IMG/VR virus record: IMGVR_UViG_3300045988_073070
DNA from: a virus
Reading direction: 5' to 3' (one strand)
DNA: 64,000 bases
Position 1 is the stretch's first letter. Each line of letters begins with the position of its first letter. Position numbers and translations under genes: made by a program. Shown here piece after piece: positions 45,751 to 55,184 of the stretch. Under the pieces are notes generated by a model that was given only the letters and a program-made list of their open reading frames with translations, did no database searches and was not told the origin of the DNA.

Positions 45751-48700
45751 ATGGCGGGTTATAATGACACGAAGGCAATGATTATCAGTACCCTTATGGG
45801 AAGACCTGCGGGTACTGAAATTCAGCCTGAAAATCAACAAGCGTATGAGTTAAATATGCTTGACTACATTCGGAGCTTGGAATTGATTTCAAGCAGTTCT
45901 ATTATCGGAGTGGCTGACGAATCAACAACTCCGGTGCAACCCGATAATGCAAGGGTGAGTTATATTGCGGGAGTTGCTCAAAATAGAACAGTTACTTTCC
46001 AAAATTTTATAGGACAAAATGGTCAGCCATTGTCGATTACTACGAGTGATATGGAAGCCTATCTTGTAATATTACTTTGGAATGCTCAATATTGGACAAT
46101 GCAGGCAATTCCAACAAATATAATAAGTTCGGCAGAAACGGCTTATTTTTATTACAATTACAACATACGAAAGACATACACATCAGTATCGGCAATGAAC
46201 GCTGATTCTGTCAATCCTATTGGAGTTGATGGAAAGCCTATAAAAGTCGGTGATTTAGTTAGCATTGTTAATAGCAATAATAGTAGTGAGAATGGAATGT
46301 ATAGTTACACTGGTTCAGAGTGGCAATTCCAAACAAGTTATAATTTTCAGTTAGTTCAATCATTAGGCAATGACCCAAATGTTGGCGTATCTCAACAAGG
46401 ATTAACGAAAGTGATAAATCGCTCAAATGTTGTTAACCCATCATCCATAAATTGGGTATCTGGCTCATATATCAATACAACTGGCGGAACGACTAATAAT
46501 TCAACTTTCTCTCATAGTGAAAATTATATTGATATTTCAGGAGCTATTTCCATAGACATAACATCAATATTTTATACAAACGCTTGCTTGGCATTTTATG
46601 ACGAAAATCAAACTTTCATTTCAAATATTCAAGAAAGCAGCGGTAATGATACAACCGTGATTAGAAAATCTTACGGAGTTCCTTTCAGAGCAAAATATAT
46701 TCGTATATCTTGTTTAACTTCTTTCAAAGATTATTGCATATTGTCGTTTACTTCCAATTCTGATTTGAAATCAATTGGAAATATTAAAGCTGCATTTGCT
46801 ATTCCGAGAATAAACTTCACAAAAAGAAGTCCATTAAAGTGGGATGACTTAATCACAGTCAATAATTCCACTGGAACTGTAACTTTCAATACTCCGAGTG
46901 TGGTTTTTGGATTGCCTTACAATAATTCAAATTATATTCGTTTTGATAATTTTCAAATTCAATTCGATATAACGAAAGAATGGGGCGTTGCTTGTGTTCG
47001 TGTTCCCGCTAATTGGTTAAGCGGTACGAATCAAGCGGTATTACTGAATACGGCTGACGTGGAATTGCATTATTATGGAGATGCTTGGGAGTTGACGCCT
47101 GACCGAATACCGCTTTGGTTTTGGAATAAAAATACTGGTAATTTATTTTCTCCGTATTTTTCTCTGTTGATGATTACTGAAAATTATCCTTCTCTTGTTA
47201 CTACTGTAAGTGGACTAAATGCTCAGTTTGTCAAACTGAGCGGATATTTTAATTCAGCATTTGAAATTAAGCAAGAGCCGCAATATGACGGTATTTTTGT
47301 AAAAGCAGGAGTTGGATATTGGACAGCCGCAGTTGGTAGTCCAATAGCAATCAATCCTGCCGCATCTTATTATTACATGAACATAATGGATGTAACTCCT
47401 GGTCAAAGATTACGTCTTTCTGGTTTTTATACTCCGCAATCTGGTATAGGGATATGTGCTTATATAGATGCAAACGGCAATTATCTTTCAAGACTTTCTT
47501 CAGGAGCTAACTTTGCTACTGGAGAATATGATGTTAAGATTCCAGATAACGTTTATAAAATAGGTATATATTTTAATAATACAGGCGGTTCAGCATGGCC
47601 AGTTGAAAATGCTAAAATTATATTGGGCGATTATTCTATAAAATTATTAGCTGAAGCCCTTCCAGAAGGATTGGAAGATTTAGCAAATATTCCTACGAGA
47701 GTTGCTGATTTGGAAAATGTTGAAGATTTTTGTTATGACGTTAAACAGCAAAAAGTTTACGATTATGAACTTTACGGCAAAGGAGTTTGGCAATCAACGG
47801 GTCAAGTTGTAGGACAACCAGTATTATTATCAGCAAGTGAAAATTACGATGCTCAACCGTTAATTTCAGTAAAACAGGGCGATTATGTTAACGTAAAGGG
47901 AGTATATTCTGCGAGTTCTGGAGTAGGATGTTTCGCATTAATAGATGCAAACGGCAATTATCTTGGTAGAAAGAATTTCGGTAATGCCATTGAATCAGAT
48001 TCAGTTTTGGGTAACTATAAGTTTCTCATTGATAATGCTGCTACTGTTAAAATAGGTTGGTATATTGATAATAGACAATCCGAAACTTTTCCACCTGCTA
48101 ATGCTAAAATTATATTGAACGAAGGTGATTTAACTTTATCTTTGACAGATGAGTACAAGACTGTTTTAGAAGAAAGTTTGAAATTAAATCCAGAAAGTGA
48201 AATGGATTTAGTTGCTCAAATGTATAATCGTGGAGCAACTAATAAGAAAGCTAACACAAAGAAGAAATGTATTTTGATTTGGGGCCAAAGTAATGCTGAT
48301 GGACGAGATGCTTTGGCAGATGCTCCGCAATACATAAAAGACTTGAATTACATTTTGCCCAAAGCTCAACTTTGTAATAATGCAGCTGGTACGTTCGCTG
48401 TATGGAATCAAACTACTGCTTGGGCGTTCAAATTGATAACGGCTTATTATTTAACTGAAGTAGATAATGAGGAATGTTATTTTATCAATTTGACTGTTGG
48501 CGGTACAAGTATGGCGGAAACAGGAACAACTACTCAGCACTGGACGCCGTTCTTCGATAAATTAGCATCCACAGATACTTCATTGTTGAGAAATCTTGAA
48601 GATAGAACAAGAAATGCTTTGAAAGCTCTTTCGGATGAATTTGAAATCGTTGGTATCATAGGTCATCAAGGAGAAGGTGACAAAGACGCAGTTTCAGCAG

Positions 48701-49530
48701 CTCAATATCATAAAAATTTGATATGTTTTATATCTTATTTAAGAGGCGTTGTTGGAAACCCTTATTTGCCTTTTGTTTCGGGAACTATTCCACATCTTTC
48801 GAGTTCTTATAATAAGGTGGTTGAGGAAGCTCAATTGCAGGCTATGCGAGAGGACTATTATACATATTATGTAGATTTGTCCCAAGGAACAATGTTTGAC
48901 GGTTTGCACTTTGATGCGGCAACTTCTGAATATTTCGGTATTTCTGTTTATAATAAGTTGAAAGAATACTTCGCATTAGCAGCATTGAGAAAATTATACA
49001 ACGATAAACCTGTTTTGCAAAACAACTCTGGACAAATAAAAGTAGGTTATACAGGATTATCAAGAACTAATTTTGTAAATGGTACTGTATATGCCCTTCC
49101 TTTTAATACGGCAGTAGCTACGGTTGCCCCTTCTCCGCTGACTAAATATCCATATGGCAGTGTTAAAAGTTATGCTGCTATGTATTCATCTTCATCAAGA
49201 AAATTGAGAGAGAACAATGTTTATGGACAAGTTCATCGTTGGAGAATTCAAGCAACCTATTCAGGAAAGGCTTCTGCTAATAATGGTCAATTGGAGTTTC
49301 GTTTGAACAATACGGTAAGCGGATTTATTGTAACATCTGAAATTACATTACCAAGCGGATTAACAGAGGGAAATATAACTTGCGAATTAACCACAATAGC
49401 GGACAGCAATTCATTGTCTGGAACTAATGGTTATGTTCTGGAAGTTATAAGTTCATTCACTGACGCTAATTTAGTTGTCAATGTTACTTCTATAACGAGA
49501 ATAAGCGAAGCAACTGAAAATGTGTCGTAG
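45751..49530 (+). CDS. Large tail fibre/spike protein with duplicated beta-rich modules and an SASA/SGNH-type carbohydrate esterase domain
   Basis: 1259 aa, the last structural gene. KKCILIWGQSNADGR (about nt 48260-48300) matches the GQSN-x-x-G motif of sialate O-acetylesterase-like (SASA) enzymes. Two paralogous modules each contain (Y/L)IDANGNYL ... NAKIIL. Confidence 0.6.
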   Translation: MAGYNDTKAMIISTLMGRPAGTEIQPENQQAYELNMLDYIRSLELISSSSIIGVADESTTPVQPDNARVSYIAGVAQNRTVTFQNFIGQNGQPLSITTSDMEAYLVILLWNAQYWTMQAIPTNIISSAETAYFYYNYNIRKTYTSVSAMNADSVNPIGVDGKPIKVGDLVSIVNSNNSSENGMYSYTGSEWQFQTSYNFQLVQSLGNDPNVGVSQQGLTKVINRSNVVNPSSINWVSGSYINTTGGTTNNSTFSHSENYIDISGAISIDITSIFYTNACLAFYDENQTFISNIQESSGNDTTVIRKSYGVPFRAKYIRISCLTSFKDYCILSFTSNSDLKSIGNIKAAFAIPRINFTKRSPLKWDDLITVNNSTGTVTFNTPSVVFGLPYNNSNYIRFDNFQIQFDITKEWGVACVRVPANWLSGTNQAVLLNTADVELHYYGDAWELTPDRIPLWFWNKNTGNLFSPYFSLLMITENYPSLVTTVSGLNAQFVKLSGYFNSAFEIKQEPQYDGIFVKAGVGYWTAAVGSPIAINPAASYYYMNIMDVTPGQRLRLSGFYTPQSGIGICAYIDANGNYLSRLSSGANFATGEYDVKIPDNVYKIGIYFNNTGGSAWPVENAKIILGDYSIKLLAEALPEGLEDLANIPTRVADLENVEDFCYDVKQQKVYDYELYGKGVWQSTGQVVGQPVLLSASENYDAQPLISVKQGDYVNVKGVYSASSGVGCFALIDANGNYLGRKNFGNAIESDSVLGNYKFLIDNAATVKIGWYIDNRQSETFPPANAKIILNEGDLTLSLTDEYKTVLEESLKLNPESEMDLVAQMYNRGATNKKANTKKKCILIWGQSNADGRDALADAPQYIKDLNYILPKAQLCNNAAGTFAVWNQTTAWAFKLITAYYLTEVDNEECYFINLTVGGTSMAETGTTTQHWTPFFDKLASTDTSLLRNLEDRTRNALKALSDEFEIVGIIGHQGEGDKDAVSAAQYHKNLICFISYLRGVVGNPYLPFVSGTIPHLSSSYNKVVEEAQLQAMREDYYTYYVDLSQGTMFDGLHFDAATSEYFGISVYNKLKEYFALAALRKLYNDKPVLQNNSGQIKVGYTGLSRTNFVNGTVYALPFNTAVATVAPSPLTKYPYGSVKSYAAMYSSSSRKLRENNVYGQVHRWRIQATYSGKASANNGQLEFRLNNTVSGFIVTSEITLPSGLTEGNITCELTTIADSNSLSGTNGYVLEVISSFTDANLVVNVTSITRISEATENVS

Positions 49531-49559
49531 TGTATTGCTTAAATAAGTGAAGTTAATTA

Positions 49560-49598
49560 AGAGACGGGAGTGTATTGCTTTCGTCTCTTTTTCTTTTG
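49560..49598 (+). terminator. Rho-independent terminator ending the structural block
   Basis: 10-bp stem AGAGACGGGA (49560-49569) with TTTCGTCTCT (49579-49588, two G-U pairs), then TTTTCTTTTG. Confidence 0.7.
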
Positions 49599-49766
49599 TA
49601 TTCGTGCTATCGTATATCGGTGAAGGGAAATTATCACGGTTAATAATAGCAGTGCCGAGCAAGCATGAAAATGCTCACTATCCGAAGCGAGGTTCAAAGT
49701 TATAAACGGAGCGTGAACGTCTTCACCAGTAACGCCAATTAAAATCGCAGCACTGTCCTTTATCAA

Positions 49767-49885
49767 ACGGGGGTAAATTTCTGACAACTGCGTACTCATA
49801 CCCAAGTAAATTGATTGTTTAACAAAAAGGGGGAACGGGGGTCAAAATTTCTTTGCTTCTCACCCCAAGTAAAATTCAAAGATTG
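49767..49885 (+). repeat. Two imperfect copies of a direct repeat of about 50 nt, immediately upstream of the replication module
   Basis: Unit A 49767-49817 and unit B 49835-49885 share ACGGGGGT(C)AAA(A)TTTCT ... CCCAAGTAAA(A)TT ... GATTG. Unit B ends 2 nt before ATG 49888. Confidence 0.7.
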
Positions 49886-49887
49886 CG

Positions 49888-50253
49888 ATGAAGAAAACAG
49901 TTTGGAGCATATTTCGGGATTTGGTCAACTCCAAAGAGGTTGGCACCGAAATTACAAGGCAAGAGATTCTTGACGAAATAGAACGACAACTCATTGAGTA
50001 TGGAACGTTCATTGAAACAAAAGGAGTAAAACGAGCAAGATTTTCATCAGTTACGTTGGATTGTGCTCGCAATATGGCTACGGGCAGATATTATCTTGAA
50101 AAGACCGAGCGAGTTGGTCACTATAAGATAATTTGTCATTTTCCGCCAGATTACACCGTGTCGCAGTTGAGACGAGATTACGACCGAGAAATGGCGATGA
50201 TGGCTGAAAGAAATAATCATGGTAGCAATTGTAAAGATAAATCGGATAAATAA
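49888..50253 (+). CDS. Hypothetical protein (first gene of the replication module)
   Basis: ORF of 121 aa. Confidence 0.5.
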   Translation: MKKTVWSIFRDLVNSKEVGTEITRQEILDEIERQLIEYGTFIETKGVKRARFSSVTLDCARNMATGRYYLEKTERVGHYKIICHFPPDYTVSQLRRDYDREMAMMAERNNHGSNCKDKSDK

Positions 50254-51709
50254 TTTGACTTATTCGTTCAAGCTATCTACCAAAGAAGGTATAAGGCATG
50301 TTGCGAAAGCATTAACGTTTCGCAATCCAGACCCATTTGCGTATAGTAGCAGAATAGAGAAGTTTGATAAAAAGAAGTTTACGTTCAAAATAGGCATGAT
50401 GCCAACGCTTGAACGTTATTTAACCAAGAAAGGCGTTGAGTACGAAGTAGAGGACTACGCATTTGATTTGCCCGTTGGGGTTGAAGTGGATGACCGAATG
50501 ACGGGCAAATACATTCACCAAAAGAGAGCCGTTGAAGCATTCTTCCGAAAGAGGTTTGGAATCATAGTTGTCCCAACGAGAGGCGGAAAGACTTTCATTG
50601 CTTCCGAGATTTGCCGAATATTCTTGAATACGGATGACGGCAAATTTTTATTCCTTACAGATAACACAACGTTGTTTAATCAAGCTGTTGGAGACTTACA
50701 AGAGTTCTTCCAGAGATACGGTGGTGTAGAGGTAGGAGAGATAAAAGCTGGCAAGATTGACACTGGCAAGCGCGTAACTGTTGGAATGATTCAAACCGTC
50801 CAAAGTACACTATCGAAGCGTTGTAAGGACAAAAAGAAGAAAGCGGAGCTGACGAAGTATTTGCGTGAGTTGAAGTTTCTTTGTGTCGATGAGATACATG
50901 ATAACTGCTCCGATTCCAAATTGTCGATATACAAGAAGTGTAAGCGGTTGGAATATCAACTTTGTCTTTCAGCAACTCCGTATCGCACGGGAGCTTTGGT
51001 GCAAAATTTGAAGCTCAAGGAATGGAGTGGTGATGTTGTTTATACAATAACCGAAGCAAAGTTGAGGAAACGAAAAGTGTTGTCGGATTACAAAGTGTTC
51101 ATGCTTTTGGTAAATCATAACAATCTTGAATACGATACGAAGGTTGATGATTATGACCAATACCGAAAGGACTTGATATTTCATTCAGCCTATCGGAACG
51201 GGGTATTGCGTATGGTGGTTAAGATTCTACGGAGATTGAACCTGAAAACTTTACTACTATTCCAATCGAAAGAGCATGGCTACACGATGGAACGGCTCAC
51301 GGGCATACCTTTTATCTGCGGTGATAATACGGGTGAGGAAAGAGAGGAAGCAAAAGAAGCCTTCTTGGAAGGAAAAGGCGGTATGTTGTCTGCTTCGGGG
51401 ATATTCAAGAAAGGCGTAACACTTCCAGCCGTGGAAGTAATGATTAACGTAGATGGCGGATTGGAAGATGCTAATACGATTCAGAAAAAAGGGCGTGTTC
51501 TTGGAGCTACCAAAGATAAACAACGGAGCTTGATAATAGACTTCTTTGACGAGTTTGACGCATACTTCTCAGACCATTCGGGGGCAAGGTTACAGACCTA
51601 TATTGACGCTATCGGAGAGAAGCGTGTGGGAATCCTTGATACCGAAATTGACGATTGCTACGAGACTTTGGAACGATGGATTAAAAGGTGGTTCAAATTA
51701 GATGAATAG
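50219..51709 (+). CDS. Superfamily 2 DEAD/DEAH-box helicase
   Basis: Motif I VVPTRGGKTFIA, motif II CVDEIHD, motif III SATPYR. The C-terminal helicase domain contains KKGRVLG. Confidence 0.75.
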   Translation: MVAIVKINRINNLTYSFKLSTKEGIRHVAKALTFRNPDPFAYSSRIEKFDKKKFTFKIGMMPTLERYLTKKGVEYEVEDYAFDLPVGVEVDDRMTGKYIHQKRAVEAFFRKRFGIIVVPTRGGKTFIASEICRIFLNTDDGKFLFLTDNTTLFNQAVGDLQEFFQRYGGVEVGEIKAGKIDTGKRVTVGMIQTVQSTLSKRCKDKKKKAELTKYLRELKFLCVDEIHDNCSDSKLSIYKKCKRLEYQLCLSATPYRTGALVQNLKLKEWSGDVVYTITEAKLRKRKVLSDYKVFMLLVNHNNLEYDTKVDDYDQYRKDLIFHSAYRNGVLRMVVKILRRLNLKTLLLFQSKEHGYTMERLTGIPFICGDNTGEEREEAKEAFLEGKGGMLSASGIFKKGVTLPAVEVMINVDGGLEDANTIQKKGRVLGATKDKQRSLIIDFFDEFDAYFSDHSGARLQTYIDAIGEKRVGILDTEIDDCYETLERWIKRWFKLDE

Positions 51710-52298
51710 GAAACAAAAACAATTGTATAGACAATCGGTTGATATGTTTATAGATATGTTGGAAACGATAACCAAACGGAAATGTAATTACAGGTGTAAT
51801 GATTCCGATGTTGGTTCGTTTGAAACGTTCTGTAACGAGTTCGACACGAATATTATCGGCATGTCCTTTATCAAGACGTATCTTGAATACCAATTCCAAA
51901 GTTGGTTCAATACGGGAACGGATAAGGACTATTCAAGAACAGTCAGATTCAGTTGGATGTTTGGAGCGAAAGCAATAAAACGCTGGCGAGTATTCAAACC
52001 CGAAGTGAACGTGAAGATTGTTCGAGGTCACATAAAAAAGTTGGGTATCTACAAACCGAAGGTGAGCCGAGAAACGAAGATACCAGAGTTAATTTTAAGG
52101 ATAAGACCTGCTGAAGAAAACTTCAAAAGGGAGTATCACAACACCCAGAGGGGATTCGCATGGTGTATAGCGAATACAACGTTGTATAACCATAAAAGTT
52201 CCCTTTGTGTTCGTTGTAGCTTCAAGAACGAATGTAAGGAAGTTCTGGAGAAACAATATCCAAAAGTATATGTAAAACGAGGTTATGGCAAGAAATAA
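51702..52298 (+). CDS. Hypothetical protein
   Basis: ORF of 198 aa between two helicase genes. Contains Cys pairs (CNYRC, CVRCSFKNEC). Confidence 0.5.
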   Translation: MNRKQKQLYRQSVDMFIDMLETITKRKCNYRCNDSDVGSFETFCNEFDTNIIGMSFIKTYLEYQFQSWFNTGTDKDYSRTVRFSWMFGAKAIKRWRVFKPEVNVKIVRGHIKKLGIYKPKVSRETKIPELILRIRPAEENFKREYHNTQRGFAWCIANTTLYNHKSSLCVRCSFKNECKEVLEKQYPKVYVKRGYGKK

Positions 52299-53664
52299 CG
52301 CATTAACAAGTAATTATATCAACGAGCTATTTGCGGCTGCGTTTCAACGTAGGGGTGTATTTGATACGATTCGTGAATATCTCAAATTCTCCTACTTACA
52401 AACCGAAGCCGAAAAGCAACTATGGCAGTGGGCGGTTAAACAATACGACCGAACAGGCAAAGTACCAACGATTGGTCAACTACAACAACAGTTCTCCGAG
52501 AATGAGAAAGTGTTGGATTTTATTGTAGATATAGCCGATGTTGAGTTTGACGATGAAGATAATTTTGAGGAAGGCTTGATGCATACTTTTGAGGACTTTA
52601 TCAAAAAGATGAAGTTTCTTGAGGTAAACGATAAAATTGTTGATATTTATAATAGGGGTGAGAAAGACAAAGCGTATGAGACTTTTGTGAAGTATGCTGA
52701 GGACTTTGGTAAATTCTCTATTATGAAGCCGAAGTTTGAGACGGTGTTTGGAGACTTCGGAGAACGTCAAGCAAAACGAAAGAGCGAGGATTACAATTTC
52801 AGGTTCAAGATTCCTACGGGAATAGATGAAATTGATTATAGGCTTGGCGGTGATTACGGTGGGCCAGAAACGGGTGAATGCGTTCTTTGGCTTGGAGATT
52901 CGGGAGCTGGTAAGAGTCAGTGTTTGGTTCATCTTGGTATAGCTGCCGCACGTCAAGGATTCCGAGTTGCGCACTTTCAGTTGGAAGGTACAAAGGAACA
53001 ATGCTTGAATCGTTACGATGCTGCTTGGACAGGTACGTTATATCAAGATGTGAAACTTGGTAACATTACCGATAAGAAAATGGAAGTTACCAAGCGTATC
53101 ATCAAGAAGCTCAAAAAGTCTGATGTTATTGTAAGCTCCGAAGAAAAGTGGGGTGGTAAGAGCCTTGTTGATGTTCGTAGGGAACTGAAAGAAATGGAGA
53201 AAATCTATGGCAAGATAGATGTAATTGTCATAGACTACTTGGAATTGTTAGAGGTTGGTGATGGTATAGTGTATATGCCAAAAGATGAGCGATTCCGTCA
53301 GGCGAAACTTGCGAAGGGTATGAAGGCTTTGGCGATGGAGTTTAATGCCGTAGTACATACCGCAACCCAAGCAAGTAATATTCCCGAAGAACAGAAGAAC
53401 GACCCAGAGTTTGTAATAACGAGAGCGCAGTTGAGTGAGGATAAGGGAAAGATACGACCGTTTGATATTTTCATAACGATTAATCAAACCCGTGATGAGA
53501 TGCGAGAGGAAATCATGCGACTTCATACAGATAAGCTCCGAGACTATAAAAACGGAGAGCCTGTTCACATTTGTAATAATTTTGCTTATTCACGTTTCTA
53601 CGATAGAATGAGAACATTGAATACAGATTGGGATGAAAGAGAGGAAGCGAACGAGGAAGATTGA
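52285..53664 (+). CDS. dnaB: DnaB-like replicative helicase
   Basis: RecA-like C-terminal domain with Walker A LGDSGAGKSQC and Walker B-like VIVIDYLELL. Helical N-terminal domain. Adjacent to the primase gene. Confidence 0.75.
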   Translation: MARNNALTSNYINELFAAAFQRRGVFDTIREYLKFSYLQTEAEKQLWQWAVKQYDRTGKVPTIGQLQQQFSENEKVLDFIVDIADVEFDDEDNFEEGLMHTFEDFIKKMKFLEVNDKIVDIYNRGEKDKAYETFVKYAEDFGKFSIMKPKFETVFGDFGERQAKRKSEDYNFRFKIPTGIDEIDYRLGGDYGGPETGECVLWLGDSGAGKSQCLVHLGIAAARQGFRVAHFQLEGTKEQCLNRYDAAWTGTLYQDVKLGNITDKKMEVTKRIIKKLKKSDVIVSSEEKWGGKSLVDVRRELKEMEKIYGKIDVIVIDYLELLEVGDGIVYMPKDERFRQAKLAKGMKALAMEFNAVVHTATQASNIPEEQKNDPEFVITRAQLSEDKGKIRPFDIFITINQTRDEMREEIMRLHTDKLRDYKNGEPVHICNNFAYSRFYDRMRTLNTDWDEREEANEED

Positions 53665-54610
53665 TGAAGCGGATTTGAAAGACATTCTTGTCAATCCGAC
53701 TTTGAACCGTAGAGGACAATACATTTGCGATTGTCCTTTTTGCGGAAAGGAAAAGCATTTTTATATCTCCAAAGATACCCAGATGTGGGATTGTAAGAAG
53801 TGCGGCGAATATGGAAATATTTACAAACTTCTAAAACGTCTCAATAAAACCTACCTTCTGGGTGGAGCTACGATTGAGGACACCGATATTCTTACCAGTA
53901 TCAAGGTATGGTTGGAAGAGCAAGCAGAATCTGACGATACAGTATTGGAAGAACTTCCTGTGAAGAAGTTACCTGTGGGGTGGAAGATAAGCGAAAAGAG
54001 CACACCGTATTTATTGGGTAGAGGCATTACACCCGAAGATTGCAAGCGGTATAATATCGGAGCTACTGATTTGTATAGAAAGTACAAGAATTATGTTATC
54101 ATTCCGATTTACGACAATGGTGAAATAAGAGGATTCTTGGGACGATACGGAGCAAAACACGTTCCCGAAGATAAGTTGCGTTACAACAACAGTACGAATA
54201 CTGAGTTTGGTCAATTGCTATTCGGATATGACGAGATTGTAAAGAATAAGACTTTGACCGTTATTTTGGTAGAAGGTGTCTTTGATAAGATAGCGGTTGA
54301 CAAAGTTCTTCGATTATGGGAAATTGACGAAATAAAGTGCGTTTGTACGTTCGGCAAGAAGATAAGCCCAGAGCAACAAAAGAAACTTATACAAAAGGGA
54401 ATTGAGAATGTTGTTTTGTTATATGACTTCGATGCTATCAAGGATATAAAAAAGTATGGATTGGAACTTGAAGAATCGTTCAATACAACTATTACTTATA
54501 CAATGAAAAAGGACATTGATGAGTGTACCAAAGATGAAGCATTGGAAGTTTTTAACAACGTAAAACGACCGAGAGAGTTTAATGAGGATGTTATTGGAAA
54601 ATTAAAGTAG
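53633..54610 (+). CDS. DnaG-like primase (zinc finger + TOPRIM)
   Basis: CHC2-type zinc finger CDCPFCGKEKHFYISKDTQMWDCKKCGEYG. TOPRIM motifs ILVEGVFDK and LLYDFDAIKD. Confidence 0.8.
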   Translation: MKERKRTRKIDEADLKDILVNPTLNRRGQYICDCPFCGKEKHFYISKDTQMWDCKKCGEYGNIYKLLKRLNKTYLLGGATIEDTDILTSIKVWLEEQAESDDTVLEELPVKKLPVGWKISEKSTPYLLGRGITPEDCKRYNIGATDLYRKYKNYVIIPIYDNGEIRGFLGRYGAKHVPEDKLRYNNSTNTEFGQLLFGYDEIVKNKTLTVILVEGVFDKIAVDKVLRLWEIDEIKCVCTFGKKISPEQQKKLIQKGIENVVLLYDFDAIKDIKKYGLELEESFNTTITYTMKKDIDECTKDEALEVFNNVKRPREFNEDVIGKLK

Positions 54611-54613
54611 GTT

Positions 54614-55048
54614 ATGGAACATACAAAAACAAGAAACCTTTCAGTTGCCGAATATTTTTTGCAGTTACAAAAAGAATATTTGACTGCTGAGTTTAGGCGA
54701 AAAATATATTTCAATCCCAAAGATAAGGCGTATTACCAGAAGGTGATGGGCTTCAAGAAGGAGAAGATTGAAAGTATAGCAAAAAGAAATCGTTTGAAGA
54801 GCATTTTTAATGACAACGTTACTTTAAGCGAGATACAAAGAGAATTGTTCACTTTGGACGGAAAGCCGAAGTTTGAGATGACGGATATTGACCGTGAAAA
54901 TTACTACGCAACGGGCAATGAGTTTTCCTATAAAGGAGAAATATGGACGCTTGACCAAGTGAACGATGATGGAAGTTTAACGCTTTATTCATTGAGCCGT
55001 GAGCAATATGAAAATGCAACCCAAGATGAGGTTTGCCGAATATTATAA
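54614..55048 (+). CDS. Hypothetical protein
   Basis: ORF of 144 aa, last gene before the inverted repeat and promoter P3. Confidence 0.5.
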   Translation: MEHTKTRNLSVAEYFLQLQKEYLTAEFRRKIYFNPKDKAYYQKVMGFKKEKIESIAKRNRLKSIFNDNVTLSEIQRELFTLDGKPKFEMTDIDRENYYATGNEFSYKGEIWTLDQVNDDGSLTLYSLSREQYENATQDEVCRIL

Positions 55049-55073
55049 AAGAACTTGCGAAAACCCAATTTAA

Positions 55074-55136
55074 GTTTGGTTTTACCTGAGAATTGCTTAA
55101 CAAAAGTTAAATTTTTGGGTAAAACCAAACTTTTTT
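55074..55136 (+). repeat. 12-bp perfect inverted repeat followed by T6 (terminator-like or operator-like)
   Basis: GTTTGGTTTTAC (55074-55085) and its exact reverse complement GTAAAACCAAAC (55119-55130) are separated by 33 nt and followed by TTTTTT (55131-55136). Confidence 0.7.
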
Positions 55137-55146
55137 CGTAAAAAAT

Positions 55147-55177
55147 TTTGTAGTTTGGAAAATAGTCTCTATCTTTG
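55147..55177 (+). promoter_or_regulatory. Bacteroidota-type promoter P3 (-33 TTTG, 19 nt, -7 TATCTTTG)
   Basis: TTTG 55147-55150, 19-nt spacer, TATCTTTG 55170-55177. AAGTTAAA box at 55104-55111. 27 nt upstream of ATG 55204. Confidence 0.7.
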
Positions 55178-55184
55178 TATCAGA

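Noticed and set aside
49529-49580. The 12-mer repeat at the end of the tail fibre gene as a DGR variable/template repeat pair
   Set aside because: The repeats are only 12 nt long and mostly lie outside the coding sequence. No reverse transcriptase gene is present in the window.
49619-49727. Possible tRNA, suggested by a 7-bp acceptor-like stem GGTGAAG/CTTCACC
   Set aside because: The enclosed length is about 109 nt. There is no T-arm (GTTCRANNC flanked by a 5-bp stem) adjacent to the 3' strand and no 7-nt anticodon loop. It does not fold as a cloverleaf.
49557-49805. 82-aa minus-strand ORF, the only reverse ORF that is not antisense to a + strand gene
   Set aside because: Its 3' end reads through the terminator hairpin and T-tract, which is what generates its KKKRRK tail. 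I found no convincing promoter for it. It remains a weak possibility as a small divergent gene, so I did not annotate it.
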